DNA of 64,000 bases from Chloroflexota bacterium (GTDB lineage Bacteria; Chloroflexota; Dehalococcoidia; Lucifugimonadales; UBA2985). The notes beneath the pieces are model-generated. The model was given only the letters and a program-made list of their open reading frames with translations, was not told the DNA's origin and did no database searches. The stretch lies in the NCBI GenBank assembly GCA_028877205.1, contig JAPPHY010000016.1:207457-271456 (forward strand), read 5' to 3'. Positions 49,640 through 58,818 of this stretch are shown here, piece by piece. Position numbers and translations under genes: made by a program. How positions within the stretch are numbered: the stretch's first letter is position 1; every line of letters begins with the position of its first letter.

Positions 49640-52489
49640 ATGGCCTCTGCGATAACGGTTGTCATCGACGGGAAAGAGATAGTCACCCAGCCGGGCAAGA
49701 CCATCATCCAGGCGGCTATGGATTCGGGGCTGTACATACCCTATCTGTGCTACTACCCCGGCATGAAGCCGTTCGGGGCCTGTCGAATGTGCGTGGTCGA
49801 GGTCGAGAACGCGCGGGGCACCCCCGCGTCCTGCACCACACCCGTTGCAGACGGCATGGTCGTGCATACCAACACGCCACAGATCCAGGACCTCCGCAAG
49901 GGCATCACGGAGCTGATCATCTCCGAGCATCCGCACGGCTGCCTCACCTGCCATCGCACCAACCTCTACGGCGCGGACCTGTGCGGCCCTGAGGACATAT
50001 GCCAGCGCCACGTGTCCGTCACCGATCGGTGCGTGGCCTGCCCCAAGAATGAGCGCTGCGAGCTCAAGGACACCACCATCTACGTGGGCACCGGCCTCAC
50101 TACGCCGCTCACCTACAAGTACCGTGAGCTTCCCGTGGTCACGCAGGACCCCTTCTACGACATGGACTACAACCTCTGCATCGTGTGCGGCCGCTGCGTG
50201 CGGGCCTGCGAAGAGCTCCGCGGCGACAGCGCCATTACGTTCACGGAGCGGTCAGGAATATCGCTGGTCGGCCCCTCGCAGGGCGGCTCGCTTCTGGAGT
50301 CCGGCTGCGAGTTCTGCGGTTCCTGCATCGACGTGTGTCCCGTGGGCGCACTGGTCGAGTCTTCGTTCAAGTGGGAGAAGGCCGTCGATACGGTCTCGAC
50401 CACGTGCCCGCACTGCCCGGTGGGCTGCCAGCTTAAGCTGGAGGTCAACCGCCGAGGCAGGGTCATTCGCGCGATACCTGACCTGGAGGCTGAGGCCAAC
50501 AGGGGACAGGCCTGCTTCAAGGGCAAGTTCGGCCTGGAGTTCGTCAACAGCCGGAGCAGGCTCAGAAACCCGCTGATCAGGCGCGACGGAGTCCTGGAGC
50601 AGGCGTCCTGGGAGGAGGCAATCTCCCTAGTAGCTGAGAAGCTCGCAGAGTACAAGGGCGACTCCTTCGCCGCAATCGCTTCGTATCGCGGCACCAACGA
50701 GGAGAGCTACCTGGTGCAGAAGTTTGCACGCACCGTGATGGGTACAAACAACGTCGACCATGCCTCCAACCTGAAGCCGGAGCTTGCCAGACCCCTGCAG
50801 GACGCACTCGGATTCCAGGCCGCCACCAATCCCGTGTGGGACCTGGACAATGCGAGCTGCATCCTGACCGTGAGCGCCAACGTCACGGAGGAGCACAACG
50901 TAGCAGCGGTGCCCGTGAAGCGGGCAGTGCAGAACGGCGCCAAGCTCGTAGTCATAGATCCGCGCGAGGTGGAGCTGACCCGGTACGCCACGGTTTGGGT
51001 TCGGCCGAGGCCAGGCACCGAGGGCACGGTGATCGCGGGTATGCTCAAGGTCATCTCGGACGAGGTGCTGGAGAACCAGGACTTCCTGCGAGACCGGTGC
51101 GAGAACCTGGATGGCCTCAGAAACTCGCTCTGGCGGTTTGACATCAGTCGAGTGGCGACCGTCACCGGTGTGCCCGAGGACGACATTCGCGCAGCGGCCC
51201 GCACCTTCGCCGGTAGCGGCCCGGGGGCAATCCTCTATGCGCTGGACACCGTGCCGGCTTCGGAGAGGACCGCGTGCGTAGAGGCCATCATCGATCTGGC
51301 TCTCCTCACCGGCAGCGTCGGCAGCCCTCACACGGGCCTGTACCCGCTGCGACCGGGCACCAACGACCAGGGCTCCTGGGACTTGGGCTGCGTGCCGGAC
51401 CTGCTGCCGGGATACCTCCCGGTGGGCGACGCCGATGCACGGTCGGTCATAAGTGAGGCGTGGGGCTCGGAGCTGCCGAGCGGCGCAGGCATGGGCATAC
51501 TCGATGCCTTCGAGGCCGCAGCCGACGGCCGGGTGAAGGCCATGATGGTGATCGGCGACAGCGCCTCCTACCACAGCGGCGAGATGGGAGACGTCTTCGC
51601 GGCGGCCGGCAACCTCGAATTCCTCGTGGTTCAGGACACCTTCCTCACGGGACTGGCACAGGCGGCCGATGTGGTGCTGCCCTCAGGCACCTTCGCGGAG
51701 AAGGAGGGCACCTACACGAGCCTGGAGCGACGCGTGCAGCCCCTGCGAAAGGTCCTGGAGGTCCGCAACTCGAACGCCATGCCTGACTGGTGGATAGTCT
51801 GCGAGATCGCAAAAGCAATGAACGCCCAGGGCTTCGATTATCACTGCCCGGCGCAGATACTAGACGAGATATCCCGCGTGGTGCCTCTGTACGCCGGCGT
51901 GTCCTATCAGCGTCTGCTGGCACGAGAGTCTGTGCTCCAGCCCGCGGTAATGCCGGCCTACCCGCTTCCGAGCCAGCTGCTGCCGGCCACCGGCGGCCAG
52001 AACACCGGGATCCAGTGGCCCTGCGACTCGACGGACGACGACGGCACGTCGATCCTGTACAGGGATGAGTTCCATGCTGGGAAGGCTCACTTCATCCCCC
52101 TGGAGATGCGAGAGGCTCCCGCGCTGCCAACCACGGATGACTTTCCACTGCTTCTGCTGCCAGGCCGGGTACTACACCAGTCTGAGCGGGAGATGGAGAT
52201 CACGCTGGTGGGGCAGAAGAACCTCATCCAGCGGGAAGAGATGCTCTGCATCCACCCCTCGGACGCCTCCACTCTCGGCGTGGGCGAAGGCGACGCGGTG
52301 GAGGTGGTCTCAGCGCGAGACAGCATCCGGGCCAGGGCCTCGCTTTCCGAGCAGGCATTGCCAGGCACTGTGTCGGTCACCACTCTCTTCGGCAGCCTCA
52401 TGACGCAGCTGGAGAGCAGTGAGGATCCAGACGCCATGTCACACGTGCCCGGCCTGCCGCCCACACCCGTCAGACTCGCCAAGGCATAG
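49640..52489 (+). CDS. NuoG/FdhA-like molybdopterin-oxidoreductase-family subunit (Mo-ligand Cys/Sec apparently absent)
   Basis: N-terminal 2Fe-2S (C..CRMC..C), a His-type cluster region, and two 4Fe-4S motifs (CIVCGRCVRAC, CEFCGSCIDVCP). FS0 is CPHCPVGC..ACFKG. After the NNVD anchor the sequence is HASNLKPELAR, not the C-A-R-x-C/U-H of formate dehydrogenases. Confidence 0.8.
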   Translation: MASAITVVIDGKEIVTQPGKTIIQAAMDSGLYIPYLCYYPGMKPFGACRMCVVEVENARGTPASCTTPVADGMVVHTNTPQIQDLRKGITELIISEHPHGCLTCHRTNLYGADLCGPEDICQRHVSVTDRCVACPKNERCELKDTTIYVGTGLTTPLTYKYRELPVVTQDPFYDMDYNLCIVCGRCVRACEELRGDSAITFTERSGISLVGPSQGGSLLESGCEFCGSCIDVCPVGALVESSFKWEKAVDTVSTTCPHCPVGCQLKLEVNRRGRVIRAIPDLEAEANRGQACFKGKFGLEFVNSRSRLRNPLIRRDGVLEQASWEEAISLVAEKLAEYKGDSFAAIASYRGTNEESYLVQKFARTVMGTNNVDHASNLKPELARPLQDALGFQAATNPVWDLDNASCILTVSANVTEEHNVAAVPVKRAVQNGAKLVVIDPREVELTRYATVWVRPRPGTEGTVIAGMLKVISDEVLENQDFLRDRCENLDGLRNSLWRFDISRVATVTGVPEDDIRAAARTFAGSGPGAILYALDTVPASERTACVEAIIDLALLTGSVGSPHTGLYPLRPGTNDQGSWDLGCVPDLLPGYLPVGDADARSVISEAWGSELPSGAGMGILDAFEAAADGRVKAMMVIGDSASYHSGEMGDVFAAAGNLEFLVVQDTFLTGLAQAADVVLPSGTFAEKEGTYTSLERRVQPLRKVLEVRNSNAMPDWWIVCEIAKAMNAQGFDYHCPAQILDEISRVVPLYAGVSYQRLLARESVLQPAVMPAYPLPSQLLPATGGQNTGIQWPCDSTDDDGTSILYRDEFHAGKAHFIPLEMREAPALPTTDDFPLLLLPGRVLHQSEREMEITLVGQKNLIQREEMLCIHPSDASTLGVGEGDAVEVVSARDSIRARASLSEQALPGTVSVTTLFGSLMTQLESSEDPDAMSHVPGLPPTPVRLAKA

Positions 52490-52571
52490 GCGAACCGCCG
52501 GCTGCGGCAGTCCGCACCGCTCATGATCAGCCGACCTATCGCTCCCGCCTGCTGTGAGCCAACCTCTCGCC

Positions 52572-52662
52572 CCCGCTCGTGGTGAGCCTGTCGAACCATG
52601 AGCGGATAAACAAGACCGTCGTCCACCCGCACTCGCCTTTCGACACGCTCAGGACGAGCGGG
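52572..52662. repeat. 91-bp palindromic REP-like element (family A, full unit)
   Basis: Left arm cccgctcgtggtgagcctgtcgaaccatgagcgg. Right arm ctttcgacacgctcaggacgagcggg. It starts 83 nt after the stop at 52489. Confidence 0.8.
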
Positions 52663-52784
52663 CGAGTTCAAGAAACCGTGTGACTTGCCGTTTCGGTCAG
52701 CTTCTCGTGGGTGGGCAATGGGCTATTCCTCTGGATGCCGCCCTGCTGTAGAATGGCCTCATCCACGCACGGGAGTCACCCCCT

Positions 52785-55316
52785 GTGACAACTCAGACCC
52801 CGCTCAGACAGCAGTACCTTCGCATCAAACAGGAGCACCCGGACGCCCTCCTGCTCTTCCGCATGGGCGATTTCTACGAGACGTTCGATGAGGATGCGCG
52901 GCTAGCTGCGAGAGAGCTTGAGATCGCCCTTACCTCGCGCGAGATGGGCAAGGGCCAGCGCGTCCCGCTTGCCGGCATTCCGTATCACGCACTGGAGGGC
53001 TACCTTGCGCGGCTGATAAGCAAGGGACACCGGGTGGCCATCTGCGAGCAGGTGGGGGACACCTCAGCGCCAGGCCTGGTCGAGCGGCGGGTTGTGCGGG
53101 TGGTCACGCCGGGCACGCTCACCGAGACCTCGCTGCTGGAGCAGACCGCAAACAACTATCTGGCGGCCGTAACGACACAGGGCGCGGAGGCGGGTCTGGC
53201 GTTCGTGGACATCACCACGGGAGAGTTCGCCACCACGCAGCTACCGATCGATGACCTGCCCCTGGAGCTCGAGCGCCTGGGCGCATCCGAGGTCGTGACG
53301 CCGGAGGGCTGCGACGTGCCGCCGTCCGGACATGACTTCCTCGTAACACCCCTGGATCCGGCGGCCTTCCGCCACTACGAAGCCGAGCAGGCGCTGCTGG
53401 ATCACTTCGGCGTGACCACTCTCGAGGCGTACGGCTGCCACGGCATGCCGCTGGCGGTCGGTGCAGCGGGAGCCATCCTCACCTACCTCAACAAAACGCA
53501 AAGAGCGGCCCTTGGACGCCTTCAAGGGCTGCACACATACTCGCCGCGGGCCTTCATGGTGCTTGACCAGCAGACGCGGCGCAACCTGGAGCTGTTCCAG
53601 GCCGGGAGGTGGGGCGAAACGTCGCACTCCCTGCTGTCCACCATCGATCTCACGGCCACGCCTATGGGCGGACGCCTGCTGAGGCGCTGGCTGGGCCAGC
53701 CGCTGCTCGACCTGGCTGAGCTGGAGCGCAGGCTGGACGCGGTGCAGGCACTACACGTTGACACCATGCGGCGAGGGGAGATTATGGTGTGCCTGAAGGA
53801 CATCCCGGACCTGGAGCGCCTGTTAGGCCGTATTGCCACGGGCATAGCCGCGCCCCGCGAGGTCGTCGCGCTGCGGGCCGGGCTGGAGTCGACAGGGCGA
53901 CTGGGGGCACTGCTGGAGGCCGGTGAGGCAATACCCGTGTGGCTCTGGAAGACCTTGGACTACTGCGAGCCTGTCACGACGCTCATCGCCCAGGCGCTGG
54001 AGGACTCGCCCGGCGAGGAAGGCACCATCCGCAGAGGCTTCTCGCCGGAGCTAGACGAGCTGCGGAACGCCTCCCGCAACGGTCGCGAGTACATCGCCGG
54101 ACTGGAGCGCAAGGAGCGGGACCGCACGGGCATAAGGTCGCTGAAGGTGGGCTACAACCGCGTGTTCGGCTACTACATTGAGGTGAGCAACCCCAACCTG
54201 GCGCAGGTGCCGGACGACTACACCAGGCGACAGACGCTGGTGGGCGGAGAGCGCTTCATCACCCCCGAGCTGAAGGAGTACGAGTCCATGCTCCTGAACG
54301 CGCAGGAGCGGATGGAGGAGCTGGAGTCGACCCTCTTCCGGCAGGTGTGCGCCCAGATCTGCGAGTACGACCGCGCTATCGCCTCGACGGCCGCAGCTGC
54401 GGGGAGGGCGGACGTGCTATCCGCTCTTGCCGAGGCGGCTTCGCGCTACGGCTACGTTCGCCCGGCGCTCAACCTGGAGGACGCAATCGAGATTGAGGAC
54501 GGGCGGCACCCCATGGTGGAGCGCACCCTGCCCGCGGGCGCATTCGTCCCGAACGACACGCACATGAGCAGCGGCGATGCGCAGCTCGCCGTCATCACCG
54601 GCCCCAACATGTCCGGCAAGTCCACGTACATCCGGCAGGTGGCGCTCATCGTACTGCTGGCCCAGATCGGCAGCTTTGTGCCTGCGGACTCGGCCACCAT
54701 TGGCCTCGTGGACCGCGTGTTCACCCGCATCGGCCTGCAGGACGACCTGTCCACCGGCCAATCCACGTTCATGGTGGAGATGGTGGAGACCGCGGGCATC
54801 CTGCACCACGCGACGCCGCGGTCGCTGGTGGTGCTCGACGAGATAGGACGCGGCACCAGCACCTACGACGGCCTCGCGATCGCCCGGGCTACCGCCGAGC
54901 ACATCCACAACAGCCCGCGCCTGGGATGCAAGACGCTGTTCGCCACGCACTACCACGAGCTGACCAAGCTGGCGGACACGCTGCCGCGGGTGCGGAACCT
55001 GAACGTGGCGGCTGTGGAGGCGGATGGGGGAGTGGTGTTCCTGCACCGCATCGTGCCCGGCGGCGCCGACAGGAGCTACGGTGTGCACGTGGCGCAGCTC
55101 GCCGGGATGCCGCCCGTCGTGGTCGCGCGGGCGTGGGACCTGCTCTCGGAGCTGGAGCGCGACGGGTTGAAAGCCACACCGCGGCAGCGAATGCTGTTCA
55201 CGGTGGACAGCGCGCTGGTGGATGAGCTGAAGAGACTGGACGTGTCATCGATGACGCCGCTGGAGGCCATCACCGCCCTGTACGAACTGCAACGCAGGGC
55301 AAACGAGGAGGAGTAG
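52785..55316 (+). CDS. mutS: DNA mismatch repair protein MutS
   Basis: TPLRQQYLRIKQEHPDALLLFRMGDFYETF N-terminus, Walker A GPNMSGKST and the STFMVEM motif. Confidence 0.95.
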   Translation: MTTQTPLRQQYLRIKQEHPDALLLFRMGDFYETFDEDARLAARELEIALTSREMGKGQRVPLAGIPYHALEGYLARLISKGHRVAICEQVGDTSAPGLVERRVVRVVTPGTLTETSLLEQTANNYLAAVTTQGAEAGLAFVDITTGEFATTQLPIDDLPLELERLGASEVVTPEGCDVPPSGHDFLVTPLDPAAFRHYEAEQALLDHFGVTTLEAYGCHGMPLAVGAAGAILTYLNKTQRAALGRLQGLHTYSPRAFMVLDQQTRRNLELFQAGRWGETSHSLLSTIDLTATPMGGRLLRRWLGQPLLDLAELERRLDAVQALHVDTMRRGEIMVCLKDIPDLERLLGRIATGIAAPREVVALRAGLESTGRLGALLEAGEAIPVWLWKTLDYCEPVTTLIAQALEDSPGEEGTIRRGFSPELDELRNASRNGREYIAGLERKERDRTGIRSLKVGYNRVFGYYIEVSNPNLAQVPDDYTRRQTLVGGERFITPELKEYESMLLNAQERMEELESTLFRQVCAQICEYDRAIASTAAAAGRADVLSALAEAASRYGYVRPALNLEDAIEIEDGRHPMVERTLPAGAFVPNDTHMSSGDAQLAVITGPNMSGKSTYIRQVALIVLLAQIGSFVPADSATIGLVDRVFTRIGLQDDLSTGQSTFMVEMVETAGILHHATPRSLVVLDEIGRGTSTYDGLAIARATAEHIHNSPRLGCKTLFATHYHELTKLADTLPRVRNLNVAAVEADGGVVFLHRIVPGGADRSYGVHVAQLAGMPPVVVARAWDLLSELERDGLKATPRQRMLFTVDSALVDELKRLDVSSMTPLEAITALYELQRRANEEE

Positions 55317-55339
55317 TTACGGCGGCGCGATGGCCAGGA

Positions 55340-55348
55340 TGCTATAAT
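55340..55348 (+). promoter_or_regulatory. extended -10 TGcTATAAT, 8 nt upstream of a GTG start (predicted leaderless)
   Basis: Reads gaTGcTATAATttctagctGTG in the 40-nt gap after the mutS stop. Confidence 0.5.
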
Positions 55349-55356
55349 TTCTAGCT

Positions 55357-55788
55357 GTGAACATCTTCTTCGACTGCGACTATACGATCATCGCCATGAA
55401 CGGCGGCCTCCGGCCGGGAGTCCGCGAGCTGTTCCAGCACCTCAGGGATGACGGACACACGCTATACGTCTGGTCAGGCATGGGCATCCGATGGCGGGAG
55501 GTCCGCAGGCACAACCTCGATGAGTTCGTCACCGACTGCTTCCACAAGCCCATCTTCGACTACCGCAACCGCATGAAGACCCTGGGCGTCACCGTGGAGC
55601 CCGACCTGGTCATCGACGACTACCCGGACATTGTGTCCACCCTTGGCGGCGTACGCGTCAAGGCCTACCTGTACGAGAACCAGGCCGACCGGGAGATGGA
55701 GCGCATCTACTCCATCATCACGGCCCTCTGCGAAAATCGCTCGCCCTACGACCCCGATGCCCCTTACGCCTCGCGGGGAATCGCATAG
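55357..55788 (+). CDS. HAD-like small hydrolase-fold protein
   Basis: N-terminal FFDCDYT (DxDxT) and a later VIDD motif. Length 143 aa. It lies between mutS and mutL. Confidence 0.6.
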   Translation: MNIFFDCDYTIIAMNGGLRPGVRELFQHLRDDGHTLYVWSGMGIRWREVRRHNLDEFVTDCFHKPIFDYRNRMKTLGVTVEPDLVIDDYPDIVSTLGGVRVKAYLYENQADREMERIYSIITALCENRSPYDPDAPYASRGIA

Positions 55789-55798
55789 GCGGGTCGCC

Positions 55799-57520
55799 AT
55801 GCCGATTCGGGTGCTCCCACCGCAGCAAGCCGCACGCATAGCCGCGGGAGAGGTTGTCGAACGGCCTGCCTCCGTCGTGAAGGAGTTGGTCGATAACGCG
55901 CTGGACGCCAGTGCGGACTCGATCACGGTGGAGATCAGGGGCGGAGGCCTGGAGCTCATCCGCGTGGTAGACGACGGCAGCGGCATTTCGGCTGATGAGG
56001 CGCCTCTCGCCTTCCAGCGCTTCGCAACAAGCAAGCTGCCCCCGGACGGGAGCCTCGACGGCATCACCACCCTGGGCTTCCGCGGCGAGGCGCTGCCCAG
56101 CATTGCCGCGGTGTCGGGAGTCACGCTGGTCACACGCACGGCAGGCGAGGCTGCAGGCACGCTGGTGGAGCTGGAGGACGGGGAGACCGTTCGTGTGTCG
56201 CCGCAGGGAAGTCCTCCGGGTACATCGGTATCGGTACGGGGCCTGTTCAGAAACGTGCCGGCTCGCCTCAAGTTTCTCAGATCAGCGACTGCGGAGGCGG
56301 GGCGCGTGCAGACTCTCGTGCAGCACTTCGCGCTAGCGTTTCCGGAGGTACGATTCCGCCTGGAGGTGGACGGCAGGGCGGCGTTCTCAGCGCCCGGCCG
56401 TGGAAGCCTGCGTGACGCCTGCGCGGCCGTCTACGGCGCAAGGCTGGCGCAGTCTCTTCTGGAGGCCGACTCCCCGGACGAGGCCGGCCCGGAAGCGCCG
56501 TCGGTTCACGGCCTCATAAGCCCGCCCGACGTCAGCCGGTCCACACGGGGCCAGATAAGCCTGATTGTGAACCGGCGATGGGTCCAGAGCCGCGCGCTCA
56601 CATTCGCTCTCGAAGAGGCCTACCAGGGCTTCCTCATGGAGCGCCGCCACCCGCTTGCCGTCCTGCACATAGCCGTACCGCCCCAGGATGTGGACGTCAA
56701 CGTTCACCCCGCCAAGCTGGAGGTGCGGTTCCGCAGGGAGCGGGAGGTCTTCTCGACGGTGCAGCGCGCGGTCAGAGGAGCGCTGGTGGCGCAGTCGCCG
56801 GTACCCACAGTGCGGGGCGGCCTGGAGCCGCCGAAGCCCTTTGGCAGGCCTCCGGCCGCTGCCGCGCCACAGCAGGCGCAGGTTGAGCAGGCGATAACGA
56901 TGTTCGCGCCGGAGGGGTGGTCGGCTCAGCAGTCCACGCCCAGACAGGTGGTGCCGTCGCTCCGCGTGCTTGGACAGGTGCAGAGCCTCTACATCGTGGC
57001 GGAGGGCCCCGGAGGCATGTACCTGGTGGACCAGCACGCGGCTCACGAGCGGGTGCTGTACGAGAAGGTGCAATCGGAGTTGCAGGAGCAGGCGACGCAG
57101 GTGCAGGGCCTGCTTGAACCAGTGGTCATCGAACTGAGCGCCTCGCAGGAGGAATCGCTGGAGGCCGGGCTGGAGCGGTGGTCACGCTACGGGTTCGAGC
57201 TGGAGCGATTTGGGCAGCGTACCTACCTGCTGCGGGCGCTTCCTGCATCGCTGCGAGACGCCGACCCGGAGGAGGCATTCTTCGCCATCCTGGAGGACGT
57301 GAGCGGAGGAGTCAACGCGGCGGAGTGGGAGGAGGAGATGGCGCGTTCCCTGTCTTGCCACGGAGCCGTCAGGGCGGGAAAGGTCCTGCAGCAGGAGGAG
57401 ATGGAGAGCCTGCTGGCTCAGCTTGAGGCGTGCGAGCGACCCAACACCTGCCCGCACGGACGCCCGACGATGGTGCATCTGAGCGCTGCGCACCTGCAGC
57501 GGGAGTTCGGCCGGCGATAG
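55799..57520 (+). CDS. mutL: DNA mismatch repair endonuclease MutL
   Basis: MPIRVLPPQQAARIAAGEVVERPASVVKELVDNALDA (GHKL ATPase). The C-terminal domain carries a DQHAAHER endonuclease motif. Confidence 0.95.
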   Translation: MPIRVLPPQQAARIAAGEVVERPASVVKELVDNALDASADSITVEIRGGGLELIRVVDDGSGISADEAPLAFQRFATSKLPPDGSLDGITTLGFRGEALPSIAAVSGVTLVTRTAGEAAGTLVELEDGETVRVSPQGSPPGTSVSVRGLFRNVPARLKFLRSATAEAGRVQTLVQHFALAFPEVRFRLEVDGRAAFSAPGRGSLRDACAAVYGARLAQSLLEADSPDEAGPEAPSVHGLISPPDVSRSTRGQISLIVNRRWVQSRALTFALEEAYQGFLMERRHPLAVLHIAVPPQDVDVNVHPAKLEVRFRREREVFSTVQRAVRGALVAQSPVPTVRGGLEPPKPFGRPPAAAAPQQAQVEQAITMFAPEGWSAQQSTPRQVVPSLRVLGQVQSLYIVAEGPGGMYLVDQHAAHERVLYEKVQSELQEQATQVQGLLEPVVIELSASQEESLEAGLERWSRYGFELERFGQRTYLLRALPASLRDADPEEAFFAILEDVSGGVNAAEWEEEMARSLSCHGAVRAGKVLQQEEMESLLAQLEACERPNTCPHGRPTMVHLSAAHLQREFGRR

Positions 57521-57627
57521 CTCACCAAACCGAGTCGCGAGGCTAGTGCTCGAACTAGGGAAGGCCGCGCGTCAGCCGTGCCGCGACACGTATTCGCACG
57601 GGGAGGGGAGAGGGAAGCGGAAGACGG

Positions 57628-58374
57628 TTAACGCTCCAGGTACTCCATGACCATTGCGCGGCGGGCATCATCGGTGTCACGCGCGCGGTACTGCTCGAGG
57701 AGGCCGGGCACGTCCGAGTACGGCACAAGCTCGTCGCCCTCGTACAGTATGGGGAAGCGGTGTATGGACTTCAGCAGTGCCCCGAACAGCGGAATGGAGT
57801 TGCTGCGCTGCATCTGGCCCAGGCTCTCCACAACCCGCTCTATGCGCTGCACCTCGTCCCAGAAGGCCAGGTAGTCAGCGAGGTAGACTCGCTGGGGCGG
57901 CCCGCCGTCCCTGGCCGTAACTTCATCGAGGATCTGGGAAACGCCCAAGAGCCCGTTTTCTCCCTTTTCCCAGACCAGCACTTTGCCCTGGCACTGGATC
58001 GTAGTGTCGTCCTGGGCGGACTGCTCTACGTTGTCCAGGATGCAATCGATGCGCTCTTGAAGCGTCAGGTAGTCCCTGACGATTTCGAGTTTGCTCTCCC
58101 GGAGGTCTACGGACCTGACGCTGCTCACAAGGTCGGGAAGGTCATCCGAGTAGACCAGGACTTCGCCTTCAACTTCGATGGGGCCGCTGGGAGCGGACGA
58201 CGCGTCCATCTCGGCCAGGACAAGCTCCGCGTTCTCCGCGATCTCGTCGGCGACGCAGGCCGTGCCGGAGGTCAGTAGAACGACCAGCAGTACCGGCAAA
58301 GTCCACGACCGGAGCAGGCGGCCGGCGCGCCCTGCACGGATCAGTGATGAATCAAAAGACTGGTGCTTCCGCAC
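57628..58374 (-). CDS. hypothetical secreted/lipoprotein-like protein
   Basis: N-terminal signal with LLTSGTAC. The GTG start is 4 nt downstream of the preceding ORF's stop. No family recognised. Confidence 0.6.
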   Translation of the reverse strand: MRKHQSFDSSLIRAGRAGRLLRSWTLPVLLVVLLTSGTACVADEIAENAELVLAEMDASSAPSGPIEVEGEVLVYSDDLPDLVSSVRSVDLRESKLEIVRDYLTLQERIDCILDNVEQSAQDDTTIQCQGKVLVWEKGENGLLGVSQILDEVTARDGGPPQRVYLADYLAFWDEVQRIERVVESLGQMQRSNSIPLFGALLKSIHRFPILYEGDELVPYSDVPGLLEQYRARDTDDARRAMVMEYLER

Positions 58375-58378
58375 AGGG

Positions 58379-58612
58379 CTATCTCAGCCTGAACTGCTCC
58401 AGCCTGCTTCGCCAGTTCCGCAGTCGAGTGCCGGGCCTTGGCGTGAAGAGCGAGTCGGAGGCGGGACTGCCGGCGGCGCCCGTTCGGGATGACAGGGACA
58501 GCCTTCTGCTGGTGGCTGCAACGGCGGCCGCGGCTCCGAGGGCAATGGCGGCCCGTGTCAGAAACTCGCGCCTGTTGAGCAGCCGGCCGGTCCTCTCTGA
58601 GCTGTCCGTCAT
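58379..58612 (-). CDS. small twin-arginine-signal protein (77 aa)
   Basis: ATG 58612 follows AGGAGG with a 5-nt spacer. The Tat-like N-terminus is NRREFLTRAAIALGAAAAVAA. The remainder is Arg/Ser-rich and low-complexity. Confidence 0.5.
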   Translation of the reverse strand: MTDSSERTGRLLNRREFLTRAAIALGAAAAVAATSRRLSLSSRTGAAGSPASDSLFTPRPGTRLRNWRSRLEQFRLR

Positions 58613-58664
58613 GTATGCCTCCTGAACCGCTTGTGAGTTTTGTCGCAAAGTTGGGGAATTCCTA

Positions 58665-58694
58665 TTGACTTACCAGCAGAGCCGATTGTACACT
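58665..58694 (+). promoter_or_regulatory. candidate promoter TTGACT-18-TACACT for the ACIII-like operon
   Basis: -35 at 58665-58670 and -10 at 58689-58694 in an AT-richer divergent intergenic region. Confidence 0.45.
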
Positions 58695-58713
58695 ACCTGA
58701 GGCTTGTTGCAAA
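58685..58713 (-). promoter_or_regulatory. candidate divergent promoter TTTGCA-17-TACAAT
   Basis: The coding strand reads TTTGCAacaagcctcaggtagtgTACAAT. Its -10 overlaps the plus-strand -10. Confidence 0.4.
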
Positions 58714-58818
58714 GTCCCATCTGCGGGGCAGCGAGTGTGAGCGGGGGAGGGTCAATTGATGCAGCCGGCCAAGCGGGGAGGGAGCTGCGGTGAGGAAGGA
58801 ATGAATTAGAGATTAGAG

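Noticed and set aside
49640-52489. Possibility of a selenocysteine-containing formate dehydrogenase
   Set aside because: There is no in-frame TGA and no SECIS-like hairpin. The region that should hold C/U-H reads LKPEL in a by-eye alignment.
4119-52662. Repeats considered as a CRISPR array
   Set aside because: The copies are scattered over the window, palindromic and irregularly spaced, and no cas genes are present. They fit REP/MITE-like elements instead.
58759-58809. 16-codon uORF MQPAKRGGSCGEEGMN in the ACIII-like operon leader, behind GGGAGGG
   Set aside because: There is no associated terminator or alternative-structure logic, and the composition is not informative. Chance ORFs of this size are expected.
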